Part shown: positions 17,282 through 26,268 of the stretch, piece by piece
Layout of the letters: every line of letters starts with the position of its first letter
Position numbering within the stretch: the stretch's first letter is position 1
Source of the DNA: a virus
Virus record (IMG/VR): IMGVR_UViG_3300047409_000266
Location: 32,529-96,528 of that record
Direction: 5' to 3' (one strand)
DNA length: 64,000 nucleotides
Position numbers and translations under genes: made by a program
The notes under the pieces: model-generated
What the model was told of the DNA's origin: nothing
The model's database searches: none
The model's input: only the letters and a program-made list of their open reading frames with translations

Positions 17282-17854
17282 ATGCTTAGCCATTCCAGCC
17301 AAGCGCAACGGCATGTCTTATCTGATCGAAAGGACGATCTTTATGAGACGCCATCTGCGGCGGTTTTTGCCCTGTTGAAGGCCGAGAATCTCCCACACCA
17401 TATTTGGGAACCGGCTTGTGGACCTGGAAGTATTGTCTCCGCTCTGCGCGGGCGTGGCCATACCGTTTGGGCGACTGATCTTGTCGATTACGGGCTTGAG
17501 GATAGCGAAAGCGGCGTAGATTTCTTGATGGAACGACAGTCTCGAATTGACGTCGAGGCAATCGTGACAAACCCTCCGTACAAATTAGGTGGAGAATTTG
17601 TCGAACATGCACTGGCACTGTGCCCGCGCGTCTACATGCTTTTGCGCCTAGCATTTCTCGAAAGCGAGCGCCGGTCAAATATTCTCGACGGTGGCCAGCT
17701 TGCGCGCGTCCATGTGTTCAAAAAAAGACTGCCGATGATGCACAGGCACGGGTGGCTTGGGCCACAGTCCAGCAGCAGCATAGCATTCGCGTGGTATTGC
17801 TGGGATCGCTCTCACACTGGGCCCACAGAGCTTCGACGCATTGGATGGGAATAA
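17282..17854 (+). CDS. DNA amino (N6-adenine-type) methyltransferase
   Basis: DLYETP, IWEPACGPG SAM-binding motif, IVTNPPY catalytic motif. Confidence 0.85.
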   Translation: MLSHSSQAQRHVLSDRKDDLYETPSAAVFALLKAENLPHHIWEPACGPGSIVSALRGRGHTVWATDLVDYGLEDSESGVDFLMERQSRIDVEAIVTNPPYKLGGEFVEHALALCPRVYMLLRLAFLESERRSNILDGGQLARVHVFKKRLPMMHRHGWLGPQSSSSIAFAWYCWDRSHTGPTELRRIGWE

Positions 17855-18159
17855 CTGTGCTCACCCCCGCCCAGCGCATCATTTTGAACGCTGTGAATCG
17901 CTTCCGTGACCGTTGCAAGATTGAGTTGACCATCGCCGATTACAGGCTCATCGTGACCCAGATCAGAGTTGGGCGCGCGCCGATCATTGGTTTCAACATG
18001 AACCAGCAAAACACCTACCGCGTGCAGATCAGGCCAAAACTGTTTGTCGACGCAGTCTGGGATTCCGAGATCGGCTGTGTCTGCCACCTGTTTGGGCCGG
18101 CGCCGATCGCGCGTCCTAGAAGCACGGTGCATCAGATATTTCAGCTTAACCCCCGCTAG
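17845..18159 (+). CDS. hypothetical protein
   Basis: In frame with ORF 17620..18159. Confidence 0.45.
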   Translation: MGITVLTPAQRIILNAVNRFRDRCKIELTIADYRLIVTQIRVGRAPIIGFNMNQQNTYRVQIRPKLFVDAVWDSEIGCVCHLFGPAPIARPRSTVHQIFQLNPR

Positions 18160-18171
18160 AGGCCATTACCC

Positions 18172-18732
18172 ATGAGAAAATCCAGAACCGTCTCAAAATC
18201 TACCAGCAAGCCAGCCGCGAAGGTGCCACCGACTGACGCCGAGCTCGAGGCATTGCATTGGAAGCATGTTTCGGTGTTCGAGAAGATCCTCGTAAAGAAG
18301 GATGATCTCAAGCTCGAAATCAAAGCCTTCAAGGAACTGCTCAAAAACGACGGCGATACCATGTCGGCCGTCAAATTGAGCGTGGAACTCAAGACGCCGG
18401 AAGGCCAAGCCATATTCCAGGCCCGCATTGCCGAGCACCATCGCATTGCCGAGTGGAATGGCGTGGGGATTCAGATCGACATGCCGCTTGGGGCTGGCGA
18501 GCCCAAGGATGCGGTTTTTGAGGAAGGCCGCCGTGCTGCCCTCCAGGACTTGCCGGCGCGCGCGCCAGAGCACCACAGGCAGAAAGCGGCCGCGCGGTGG
18601 CTGGACGGATTCCACGCAGGCCGCATGAGCCTCAACACCGAGCGCCTGGGCAACGTCAAGAAGCTTGAACCGCCCAAAAAGGGCGAGGGGCTCAAGCAGC
18701 GGCTGCCCACGTTTCGGGAAGCTGCCGAATAG
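18172..18732 (+). CDS. hypothetical phage protein
   Basis: ORF track; phage-like codon usage. Confidence 0.6.
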   Translation: MRKSRTVSKSTSKPAAKVPPTDAELEALHWKHVSVFEKILVKKDDLKLEIKAFKELLKNDGDTMSAVKLSVELKTPEGQAIFQARIAEHHRIAEWNGVGIQIDMPLGAGEPKDAVFEEGRRAALQDLPARAPEHHRQKAAARWLDGFHAGRMSLNTERLGNVKKLEPPKKGEGLKQRLPTFREAAE

Positions 18733-19266
18733 GTGATTATCCTAGCGCTTGATCTCGCGACCGCTACTGGATTTGCTTTCGGCGGGGACGGCGCATGCCC
18801 AGTTTCAGGGACTGTCATCCTCAAGAAGCCGCCCGAGCCACAAGATGTAGCGTTCGGGAACATGCAGGCTTGGTTGACCGAAAAGCTAGAATCGGTGCGG
18901 CCGGTGCTGATCGTCAAAGAGGCCCACCTCCCCCTGCAGGGCTTCCGGGATCGGTTTAATTCGCAAAAGTCAGTTGAGATGGCGCTGGGCCTGAACGGCG
19001 TTGTCAGGGGCATCGCACACCGGTTTGGTGTACCTGTTGAGGACATACACCCCGCCACAGTACGCAAGCATTTTCTCGGTGTCGGCCGCGTCGGCAACCG
19101 CGAGGAAACCAAGGCTGCAGTGGTGAAGCGCTGCCACATGCTCAAACTGATGCCGGCGACGTGCTTTTCGCATGACCGCGCCGATGCCTTGGCTATATTC
19201 TCGTGGGCGGCCGCTACATACGGTAGGCGCGCGCCGCGGGAACTCGTGATGTTCGGAGAGTCCTGA
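18733..19266 (+). CDS. RuvC-like Holliday junction resolvase
   Basis: ILALDLATxTGFA, VKE, TVRKHFLG, KAAV, DRADALAI. Confidence 0.8.
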   Translation: MIILALDLATATGFAFGGDGACPVSGTVILKKPPEPQDVAFGNMQAWLTEKLESVRPVLIVKEAHLPLQGFRDRFNSQKSVEMALGLNGVVRGIAHRFGVPVEDIHPATVRKHFLGVGRVGNREETKAAVVKRCHMLKLMPATCFSHDRADALAIFSWAAATYGRRAPRELVMFGES

Positions 19267-19443
19267 TCGTTTCGGGGCCGAAACGAATCTCAACATCTAG
19301 TATGTTCTGATATCCACACCACTAGATATAGATGTTCGTTTCGCACCCGAAACGAACTGCGATTCGCTACACCCACTACATCTAGTAGTCGCCCACCGAT
19401 TAGAGACACAAGATATAGATCGATCGTTTCGCTACCGAAACAA
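19267..19443. promoter_or_regulatory. repeat cluster: three GTTTCG-N4-CGAAAC palindromes interleaved with two pairs of NrdR-box-like sites (candidate origin/regulatory region)
   Basis: Palindromes 19267-19286, 19334-19357, 19424-19443; box cores 19291-19300, 19322-19331, 19376-19385, 19409-19418. Confidence 0.6.
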
Positions 19444-19700
19444 GTAAATATGGCAATTAATACATTGCCTTACTGTTGTTAGAAATTCGTTTGCAGTATC
19501 AGTTGGGATTGACAGGCTTCTGCAAATCAGTTTTACGCGCGCGCGGCCCCGGTGACGAATCGATAGGAACAGGCCACCTCACAAGAAAGTGGCCTTCAGG
19601 GAAGCAAGGGTAAGAAGTAAGGAACGACGTTTCGGTATGCTCATTTATTGCGGATTGCCGATACGGATTTTGGTTTTTTGAGCATACGGAGGGGGAACAG

Positions 19701-21209
19701 ATGGAATTGTGGCCACACCAAACTGAGGCTTTAGAGGCGCTGCGCCAGACGGTAGCGCAAGGGGTGAAGCGAATCGTTTTGCAGGCGCCAACGGGTAGCG
19801 GAAAGACGAGGCTCGCCGCGGCGATCGTTGAGGGAGCGCAGAAGAAGGGCAACAAATTAGCGTTCGTAGTAAGTTCGATCAGCCTCATCGATCAAACCAT
19901 AGAGGCGTTCGGAGAACAGGGAATCACCGGCATGGGGGTGATTCAGGCCGATCACATCATGACGGATTGGGCGCAGCCGGTGCAGATTTGCTCGGTTCAG
20001 ACGCTGCATGCGCGAGAAAAGTTTCCGGATGCTCAGATCGTGGTGTTCGACGAATGCCATGTGCTGCATGAATTTCACAAGAAGTGGCTGACAGATCCAG
20101 CGTGGCAAAGCGTGCCGTTTATCGGATTGAGTGCCACGCCATGGAGCAAGGGATTAGGCAAGTATTTTGAGACGCTCTTGATTGCTGAAACGACGCAGGG
20201 GCTGATCGAGAAGGGATTGCTATCGAAATTCAGGGTGTTCGCCACAGGCCATCCGAATCTCTCAAAGGTGAAGATCGTTGCTGGCGATTACCACGAAGGC
20301 CAGCTTTCTGCGGCGATGCAGGAAGGCACGCTAACGGCCGATATCATCGAGACATGGAAGAAGCGTTGGGGCAAAGGCAAGACGTTCGTTTTCGGTGTCG
20401 ACTGTGCCCATGCGCAAGCCCTGCAGGCGCGGTTTCAGGCCGAGGGTGTGTCTTGTGCCTACCAGGATGCGCGAACGTCCATCCTCGATCGCGCGGCCAT
20501 CAAACGCCAGTTCCACAATGGTGAGGTCGACGTCATCTGCAATGTGGCAACGCTGACGGTGGGGGTGGACTACGATGTGCGCTGCATTGTGCTGGCGCGG
20601 CCGACGCGCTCGGAGATGCTCTTTGTCCAGATTATTGGTCGAGGGCTGCGCACTGCAGAGGGGAAAAACGAGTGCATTATCCTTGATCACAGCGACACAA
20701 CGGCGCGCCTGGGGTTTGTGACTGACATTCACCACGATCATCTTCACGACGGCAAGCCAGTCGAACGCGCTGAGCGCAAGCCATCGTTGCCAAAGCCTTG
20801 CCCCGTGTGCTCATGCCTAGCACCAAAGGTGAACCTGACATGCCCAAACTGCGGATACGTCTACAGGATCATTAGCTCGTATGTTGAGGAAGATGGCGAG
20901 CTCGCGGAGATCACGGCTGGCGAGCGCTTCAAACACGGCAAGAAGCGTCACTACACGATGGCCGAGAAGGAGCGGTTCTATGCGATGCTGCTCGGGTATG
21001 TGGCTGAAAAGTCATATAAAATCGGCTGGGCAGCAATGAAATACAAGGACAAGTTTGCCGTTTTTCCCAATCACATGAACCATGTGAGCGCGATGACGCC
21101 AGACATGGCCATGCGATCTTGGATCAAGCACAAAAATATTCAGTGGGCCAAGAGCAAGAGACGTTTAGCGGATGAGACTGAGAAAACGCTAGGAACGCAC
21201 CCACGATGA
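19701..21209 (+). CDS. superfamily 2 DNA helicase (RadD/UvsW-like) with C-terminal Zn finger
   Basis: APTGSGKT, DECH, GLSATP, QIIGRGLR, CPVC..CPNC. Confidence 0.9.
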   Translation: MELWPHQTEALEALRQTVAQGVKRIVLQAPTGSGKTRLAAAIVEGAQKKGNKLAFVVSSISLIDQTIEAFGEQGITGMGVIQADHIMTDWAQPVQICSVQTLHAREKFPDAQIVVFDECHVLHEFHKKWLTDPAWQSVPFIGLSATPWSKGLGKYFETLLIAETTQGLIEKGLLSKFRVFATGHPNLSKVKIVAGDYHEGQLSAAMQEGTLTADIIETWKKRWGKGKTFVFGVDCAHAQALQARFQAEGVSCAYQDARTSILDRAAIKRQFHNGEVDVICNVATLTVGVDYDVRCIVLARPTRSEMLFVQIIGRGLRTAEGKNECIILDHSDTTARLGFVTDIHHDHLHDGKPVERAERKPSLPKPCPVCSCLAPKVNLTCPNCGYVYRIISSYVEEDGELAEITAGERFKHGKKRHYTMAEKERFYAMLLGYVAEKSYKIGWAAMKYKDKFAVFPNHMNHVSAMTPDMAMRSWIKHKNIQWAKSKRRLADETEKTLGTHPR

Positions 21210-21502
21210 CCGATGGCCAGCGCGATAGTCTGCTGGTTGGCTTGCGCGCCGCGCGGCGCCGGCTGCGCTATCTGGCTGATGAGATCGATGCGATCGGCCT
21301 CATGCTGTCGGCCAGCGGCCTCACGATGCAGGAGGTGCTGCAATGGATGGATTCCCTCGGCATCACGAACTACGTTGCTGAGCTTGCCTTGCGCGCGGCC
21401 GTCGACGCGGAGGTGGAAGGTGAGGCTACATACGATCCCCACGGCTTTGCGCTTAACGGTCATCAGCACGAACAAATCAACAGCGACGATACCGAGAACT
21501 AG
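21206..21502 (+). CDS. hypothetical protein
   Basis: ATGA overlap with helicase stop. Confidence 0.5.
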   Translation: MTDGQRDSLLVGLRAARRRLRYLADEIDAIGLMLSASGLTMQEVLQWMDSLGITNYVAELALRAAVDAEVEGEATYDPHGFALNGHQHEQINSDDTEN

Positions 21503-21799
21503 CTTTTCAGCACGAACCAGTTTAATCATTCCTCCCTATGTCGGAATCGTGCGGAGACGAACCGGTGTACCGGACACTAGATATTCGTGTTGAGGTGCGG
21601 CGGGTTTACGATGACGGCTCTCTGCTCATTCGCATTCCGATGCCATCAGGTGCGTGGTCGTACGTGGTGATTGACCCCAAGAATCCAGCGCACGTCTGCC
21701 TTGGCCTTCATAAGTGAAAGAATGCGTTAAGGTTTATGGCTTACCGTCAAATCTCTCAGATTTGTCTGGCCTTAAACCTCACCGCGTAAACCTCACAGG

Positions 21800-22678
21800 T
21801 TGTCGATGCTGGCTACAGCTAGGCGCGGCCGTCCACCTCAAAATGGCGATCGCTACGACTGTGGGAAACTCAAGCCGCGCAAGGCGGCAAAGCCAACAGC
21901 AGAGCCCATGTCAGGGGCGCTATGGCAGCGCATCAGACAGCACGGGCGCAAAGTCACCATGGACCCCAGGCTGGCCACCGAACTAGGCCGCCTCAATTGC
22001 TTCGCAGAACTAACAAATCTCCAGACCGCGGCAGGCTTTCGAGTAGCCGAGATTTACGGGCGTTTCGAGGGTCTACGCAAGTTGCGCCGGGTGCCCAAGG
22101 GCCAATCGATAGATGGTGGGTTCGGGGAGGCTGGGCTAGCTGAAGAACTGATGGCGCCAGCGACATTGAGTGATCTTGAGGAAAGCATACGATCAGCGAG
22201 TGAAGCATTCGACAAGCTGCAAGAGCTCATAGACGATGAGGCCACACTGGTGCACCTCGAACCTCGATCGTTACGCGCAACGCTTGAGCAACTTTGCGTC
22301 GAGGACAAGAGCATAAACCCGACATTGTATGATGCCATTCGTCAGTGCCTAGAGGCTGTAGCCCTCAAGTTTGGGGTCACGAACGAGGACCGCACACAGG
22401 ATACCAACCGCCGCGCCGGCACACCGCTGCACTTCAACACCCATCTCGACAGCCCATCAGACACTAAGCCACAGGCCCCTCGTCCAGCCAATCTCGGCCG
22501 TGAGAGCTTCATCAAAGTGGTTTGCGCACTCAACCAGACGCTCACCGTCCATGACGCCGCGATCGCCTGGGAGACGCAGCAGACGCTAGAGCAGCGCGCG
22601 CGTTTTATCCGTGACAAGGCCAAAATCCGCTCTGGTGCTACCGTTGACGAGCGCGCCGCTGCATTGCGAGTGAGATAA
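21800..22678 (+). CDS. putative late-gene regulator (antiterminator-Q position)
   Basis: RRGRP..GDRY..GKL N-terminus; sits between replication and late genes; function inferred from position. Confidence 0.45.
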   Translation: MSMLATARRGRPPQNGDRYDCGKLKPRKAAKPTAEPMSGALWQRIRQHGRKVTMDPRLATELGRLNCFAELTNLQTAAGFRVAEIYGRFEGLRKLRRVPKGQSIDGGFGEAGLAEELMAPATLSDLEESIRSASEAFDKLQELIDDEATLVHLEPRSLRATLEQLCVEDKSINPTLYDAIRQCLEAVALKFGVTNEDRTQDTNRRAGTPLHFNTHLDSPSDTKPQAPRPANLGRESFIKVVCALNQTLTVHDAAIAWETQQTLEQRARFIRDKAKIRSGATVDERAAALRVR

Positions 22679-23160
22679 TTTCGGAAATTGTTCACTACGT
22701 TGATAGTTTCGATGGCATCAGCATTGACGAATCACTTGAAATGAATTACGGAAATAATTGCAAGCGTGAAGTCCCACGCTCGCGAATACGCAACCTCCAA
22801 GGTCCCCACCGAGAGACCAGCGCCGTCGATAGTCCCCCGACACCACGGCGTTGGTCTTTTCGTTTCTTGAGATGACGAGCGGTTCGGCTTGGAATTGGGA
22901 GAGTGACCCTGCACAGGCCCAAGCCGTAAAGGGTGACGCGCTAAGAAATACGTGCGGTGGAACCCGATTGCATAATTTGGCTCTGATTTGCATAAATCAC
23001 CCCTGACGGCGAATATCCGACCCACAAGGAAGCCCACCAGTTCGATATTTCATGCTTCTAGGTAGTTCAGCCTGGAGGTAAAATCTCAGATTGCGGCAAT
23101 CGAATACCTATCGCATACGAGATTTTGTTGCTGAGATTTGAGCTTTTCACAGGAGCTACC

Positions 23161-23622
23161 ATGCCATCCGCCGCTGCTAAACGATCCCAAAAGATCACAC
23201 CAAAGCTAACTCCAAAGCCACCGCAGATTATGCTCAAAGCCGATAATATCAGCATCACGGCAACCGCCGATAATGACGGCCACATAAGGGTTATCGCAAA
23301 CTCCTGGGACGACGCGCGTGTGTTGTTAGTTGGTGAGCGCCTCGTGATTTCTCAGGTCGATGGCCAGATCAATTTGGTTCGGCATTATCGATCACCACCG
23401 GGCGATTTGGTACAGGGCTGGGCGGCAGAGAAGTTCACGGAAATCAAGCTGCGCGCTAGTGTTTTGAAGGACGTCGGCAATCGCGTTAGCTACAGCGGCC
23501 GCGGTACTTCCGCTGGAAAGCCCAGTTATTATGAGGAATGGACGGATTCGTTTGCGCCCAAGAATTGGCTCGAGATGTCGTGGGTTCGCGGCAGAATTCA
23601 CATGATCGAGCGATCGCGTTAG
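23161..23622 (+). CDS. hypothetical protein
   Basis: SD AGGAG before ATG 23161. Confidence 0.6.
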   Translation: MPSAAAKRSQKITPKLTPKPPQIMLKADNISITATADNDGHIRVIANSWDDARVLLVGERLVISQVDGQINLVRHYRSPPGDLVQGWAAEKFTEIKLRASVLKDVGNRVSYSGRGTSAGKPSYYEEWTDSFAPKNWLEMSWVRGRIHMIERSR

Positions 23623-23658
23623 ACTAACGCCGATTAGCCGCGCGAAAGAGACAACCTG

Positions 23659-23997
23659 ATGCGCCTCTCCATCACCAACGACGGCAAAAACGATCTGCCA
23701 TACATGGTTGTCGACGGCCACGGCTTTCTGCTTGATCTCAGCGCCGTACACGGCACGATGGTTGACAAGACCATCTATGCCGTTGAATGGGGCTTGGGCG
23801 TATTCAGCGGTGAGGCTCGAGAGTTTGGCGTCATCACGCGCCAGGACGGCACCAAGCAGACGTTTTTTGATTTCAATCTGCTCAAACCGTACATCGACGC
23901 ATGGCGCGCCAAGAAGGCCGATCTCGCGGCCGAGCAGGTTGCGTTTGAGGCCAAGGCGCGCGCCGATGCTGAACTGGCGCGGCAGGCAGCGTCGTGA
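23659..23997 (+). CDS. hypothetical protein
   Basis: ORF track. Confidence 0.6.
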   Translation: MRLSITNDGKNDLPYMVVDGHGFLLDLSAVHGTMVDKTIYAVEWGLGVFSGEAREFGVITRQDGTKQTFFDFNLLKPYIDAWRAKKADLAAEQVAFEAKARADAELARQAAS

Positions 23998-24182
23998 ACA
24001 TCCTTCAGATCATAACTGCGCTTTGGCTTATTCCGCTAGGCGTAGTGGTTCTGATTTTTTCATTTCGAATATTGTATTTGGCGCTTGTTGAAGGAGGCTG
24101 GCCATTCGGCGCGGCGTGTGTTCTGGCGCTGCTGATGGCTATTTTCTACGTGGCCTCCTACGACGAAACTTGATGAGGCAAC

Positions 24183-24392
24183 ATGAGTGCGGCGTCTACG
24201 ATCCGCAAGCTAGATCAAGATAATCGAGAGCAAGCGGTCAAGGTACAGAAGCTTTATTGGACGATGCGGCCAGACCAGCTTGAGATTGCCATGCACCTAC
24301 TCCGCTCATGGCATGCGATGTCATCGATTACAGACTTCAATCACCCAACGACGCGGCGCGCCATCAAGAGGGCGTTAGAACAGCGGCCCTAA
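24183..24392 (+). CDS. hypothetical protein
   Basis: ORF track; SD GAGG. Confidence 0.5.
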   Translation: MSAASTIRKLDQDNREQAVKVQKLYWTMRPDQLEIAMHLLRSWHAMSSITDFNHPTTRRAIKRALEQRP

Positions 24393-24407
24393 CGCAATGG
24401 ATGACGC

Positions 24408-25406
24408 ATGAGCGCAGGCCATCCACACGTTCGCGGAAACAAACAAACCAAGGCCGAGCTCGACGAAATAACCAAGACTGACGACTTCAAGAGGCTATGG
24501 CAGCGCTGGAAAAGCTTTGACGTTACCCACGATATCCACGATCTCGCTGGCTACAACGTCGACGGCACAATCCGTTACCTCGACAAGGACTTCTTTCACG
24601 CTTTATTCGATCCAGAGGTAGCCAAGAAGCTTGGGATTGGCGCGATCGACACTGGCCTGTCTCCGATGGACACCATCGCGTGCCTCATGCAGCACGAGGG
24701 CATCGAGAAAACAGCCATCGACGCAGACAACAAATTTGACACCTACGATCCGGCGCATGGATTGGCTACCATTGCCGAGCATCAGGAGGTCCGCGCCAAG
24801 GGCGGGACACCGGCCAAATACGAGCGCGGGCTCGCGGCGGCTATCAAGTTTTGCGAGAGCAAAGAGCTCAAGAATCCGCCCAAGGATTTAGCCTGCGCGC
24901 CGATGCTCGATGATCCGGACGAGGAACACGATAAGGCAGCACTCAAAACATTGCAGGACTCTGGTGTCGAGGACGCTTTCAAGGCATCGCGGCATTCCGT
25001 CGACTATTCCAAGTCTGACGGTGAGGATCGCTGCAGCCGCTGCAAATATTGGCTGGCCGATGATCGAACGCAGGAGCTATCACCCTGCCATGAAGTGGAG
25101 GGCCTCGTGCGAACAGATCGTTGGTGCAAGGACTTCGAAAGCGTGCCGGCTGAAAAGATCGCCAAGCAGAACGAGGATCTCAAGACCACGGTATCTACGA
25201 TGGCCGGTCAGATTGAGAAGCTCACCGCCGGTATGTCAGACCTCGAGAAGCGCCTATCTCAGGCGATTGCCAAGGGCCCCAAGAGCCGCAAGCGCAAGAA
25301 AACCGTCACGACGCGCCGCGATGACAAGGGCCAGCTTGTGGCTGATGTGGTCGAGGAAGATGAGCCCGACGCGCCAGAGATCGAGCCGCAAGAGGCACGC
25401 CAGTGA
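24408..25406 (+). CDS. phage protein with HiPIP-like 4-Cys motif and coiled coil
   Basis: CSRCKYW...C...WC spacing; HExxE and HxLAxxxEH in the N-terminal part. Confidence 0.55.
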   Translation: MSAGHPHVRGNKQTKAELDEITKTDDFKRLWQRWKSFDVTHDIHDLAGYNVDGTIRYLDKDFFHALFDPEVAKKLGIGAIDTGLSPMDTIACLMQHEGIEKTAIDADNKFDTYDPAHGLATIAEHQEVRAKGGTPAKYERGLAAAIKFCESKELKNPPKDLACAPMLDDPDEEHDKAALKTLQDSGVEDAFKASRHSVDYSKSDGEDRCSRCKYWLADDRTQELSPCHEVEGLVRTDRWCKDFESVPAEKIAKQNEDLKTTVSTMAGQIEKLTAGMSDLEKRLSQAIAKGPKSRKRKKTVTTRRDDKGQLVADVVEEDEPDAPEIEPQEARQ

Positions 25407-25792
25407 GCTTCCAGTACTCGGTCACGGTCAGAAATGCGCGCCTTGACGTCGTTGAGAGCACGATCGGCGCCTCCGCGGTGCTCAAGGTGTTCTCTGGCGC
25501 CGAGCCTGCAAACTGCGCGGCGGCTGATCCTGGTGGGCTTCTTGCCACGCTCAACTTACCCGCAGATTGGATGGCGGCGGCGGCTAGCGGTTCAAAGGCG
25601 AAGCTTGGTACGTGGTCAGCCACGGCGAGCGGGAGTGGTCAGGCCGCGTCCTGGCGCATCTATGAGGCCACGGCCACGACCTGCCACATGCAGGGGAACT
25701 GCACGACTGATCTGATTCCGGATAACTCGAACGTGGTGGTCGGGCAGACGTTTACGGTCGCGACGTTCCAACTTAATGCGGGTAATGCGTAG
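25403..25792 (+). CDS. putative virion structural protein
   Basis: RNARLD..E..IGxSAVLK pattern; A/G/S/T-rich beta-type composition. Confidence 0.55.
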   Translation: MSFQYSVTVRNARLDVVESTIGASAVLKVFSGAEPANCAAADPGGLLATLNLPADWMAAAASGSKAKLGTWSATASGSGQAASWRIYEATATTCHMQGNCTTDLIPDNSNVVVGQTFTVATFQLNAGNA

Positions 25793-25794
25793 TC

Positions 25795-26268
25795 ATGTCC
25801 ATCGTATCATCCGTCATCGCACGCAACGATGTGCAGGCCGATGGGCGGCGCTGGATTTATGAAATCCACAAAGATCAGGCTGGAGTAGAGCATTACCGCT
25901 CATACCTAGCGGCGGCTGGATTTGATACGGCGGCAGCGTTAGCGGCTTATGCCACGCAATGCTGGGCCGATATTCAGGCGAGCGAGATATCACAGAACAT
26001 TTCTCAGGTGACGACGCTGGGCTCACTGGCCACAACGACGCTGGTTTACACGACTGCAGCGGCAAACTTTGCGGCGCTTCGGGTGGCATATCAAACAGCC
26101 ACGCAAGATCAGGCGATAATGATCGGGGATTTTCTGAGTTCGTTGACCAACGGACAGTTGCAGACAGCATTTGGGATGACAGCGGGGCAAGTGACAACGC
26201 TTCGCACTAATAAGTTAACGCCAGCGGCAACGCTTGCGGCTTCAATTCGTGCATCGGTGGGGCAGTAA
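25795..26268 (+). CDS. putative virion protein
   Basis: A/T-rich, coupled to fibre gene. Confidence 0.5.
   Translation: MSIVSSVIARNDVQADGRRWIYEIHKDQAGVEHYRSYLAAAGFDTAAALAAYATQCWADIQASEISQNISQVTTLGSLATTTLVYTTAAANFAALRVAYQTATQDQAIMIGDFLSSLTNGQLQTAFGMTAGQVTTLRTNKLTPAATLAASIRASVGQ

Noticed and set aside
19267-19443. parS or alphaproteobacterial LexA sites
   Set aside because: GTTTCG-N4-CGAAAC differs from parS (GTTTCACGTGAAAC) and from the GTTC-N7-GTTC LexA box
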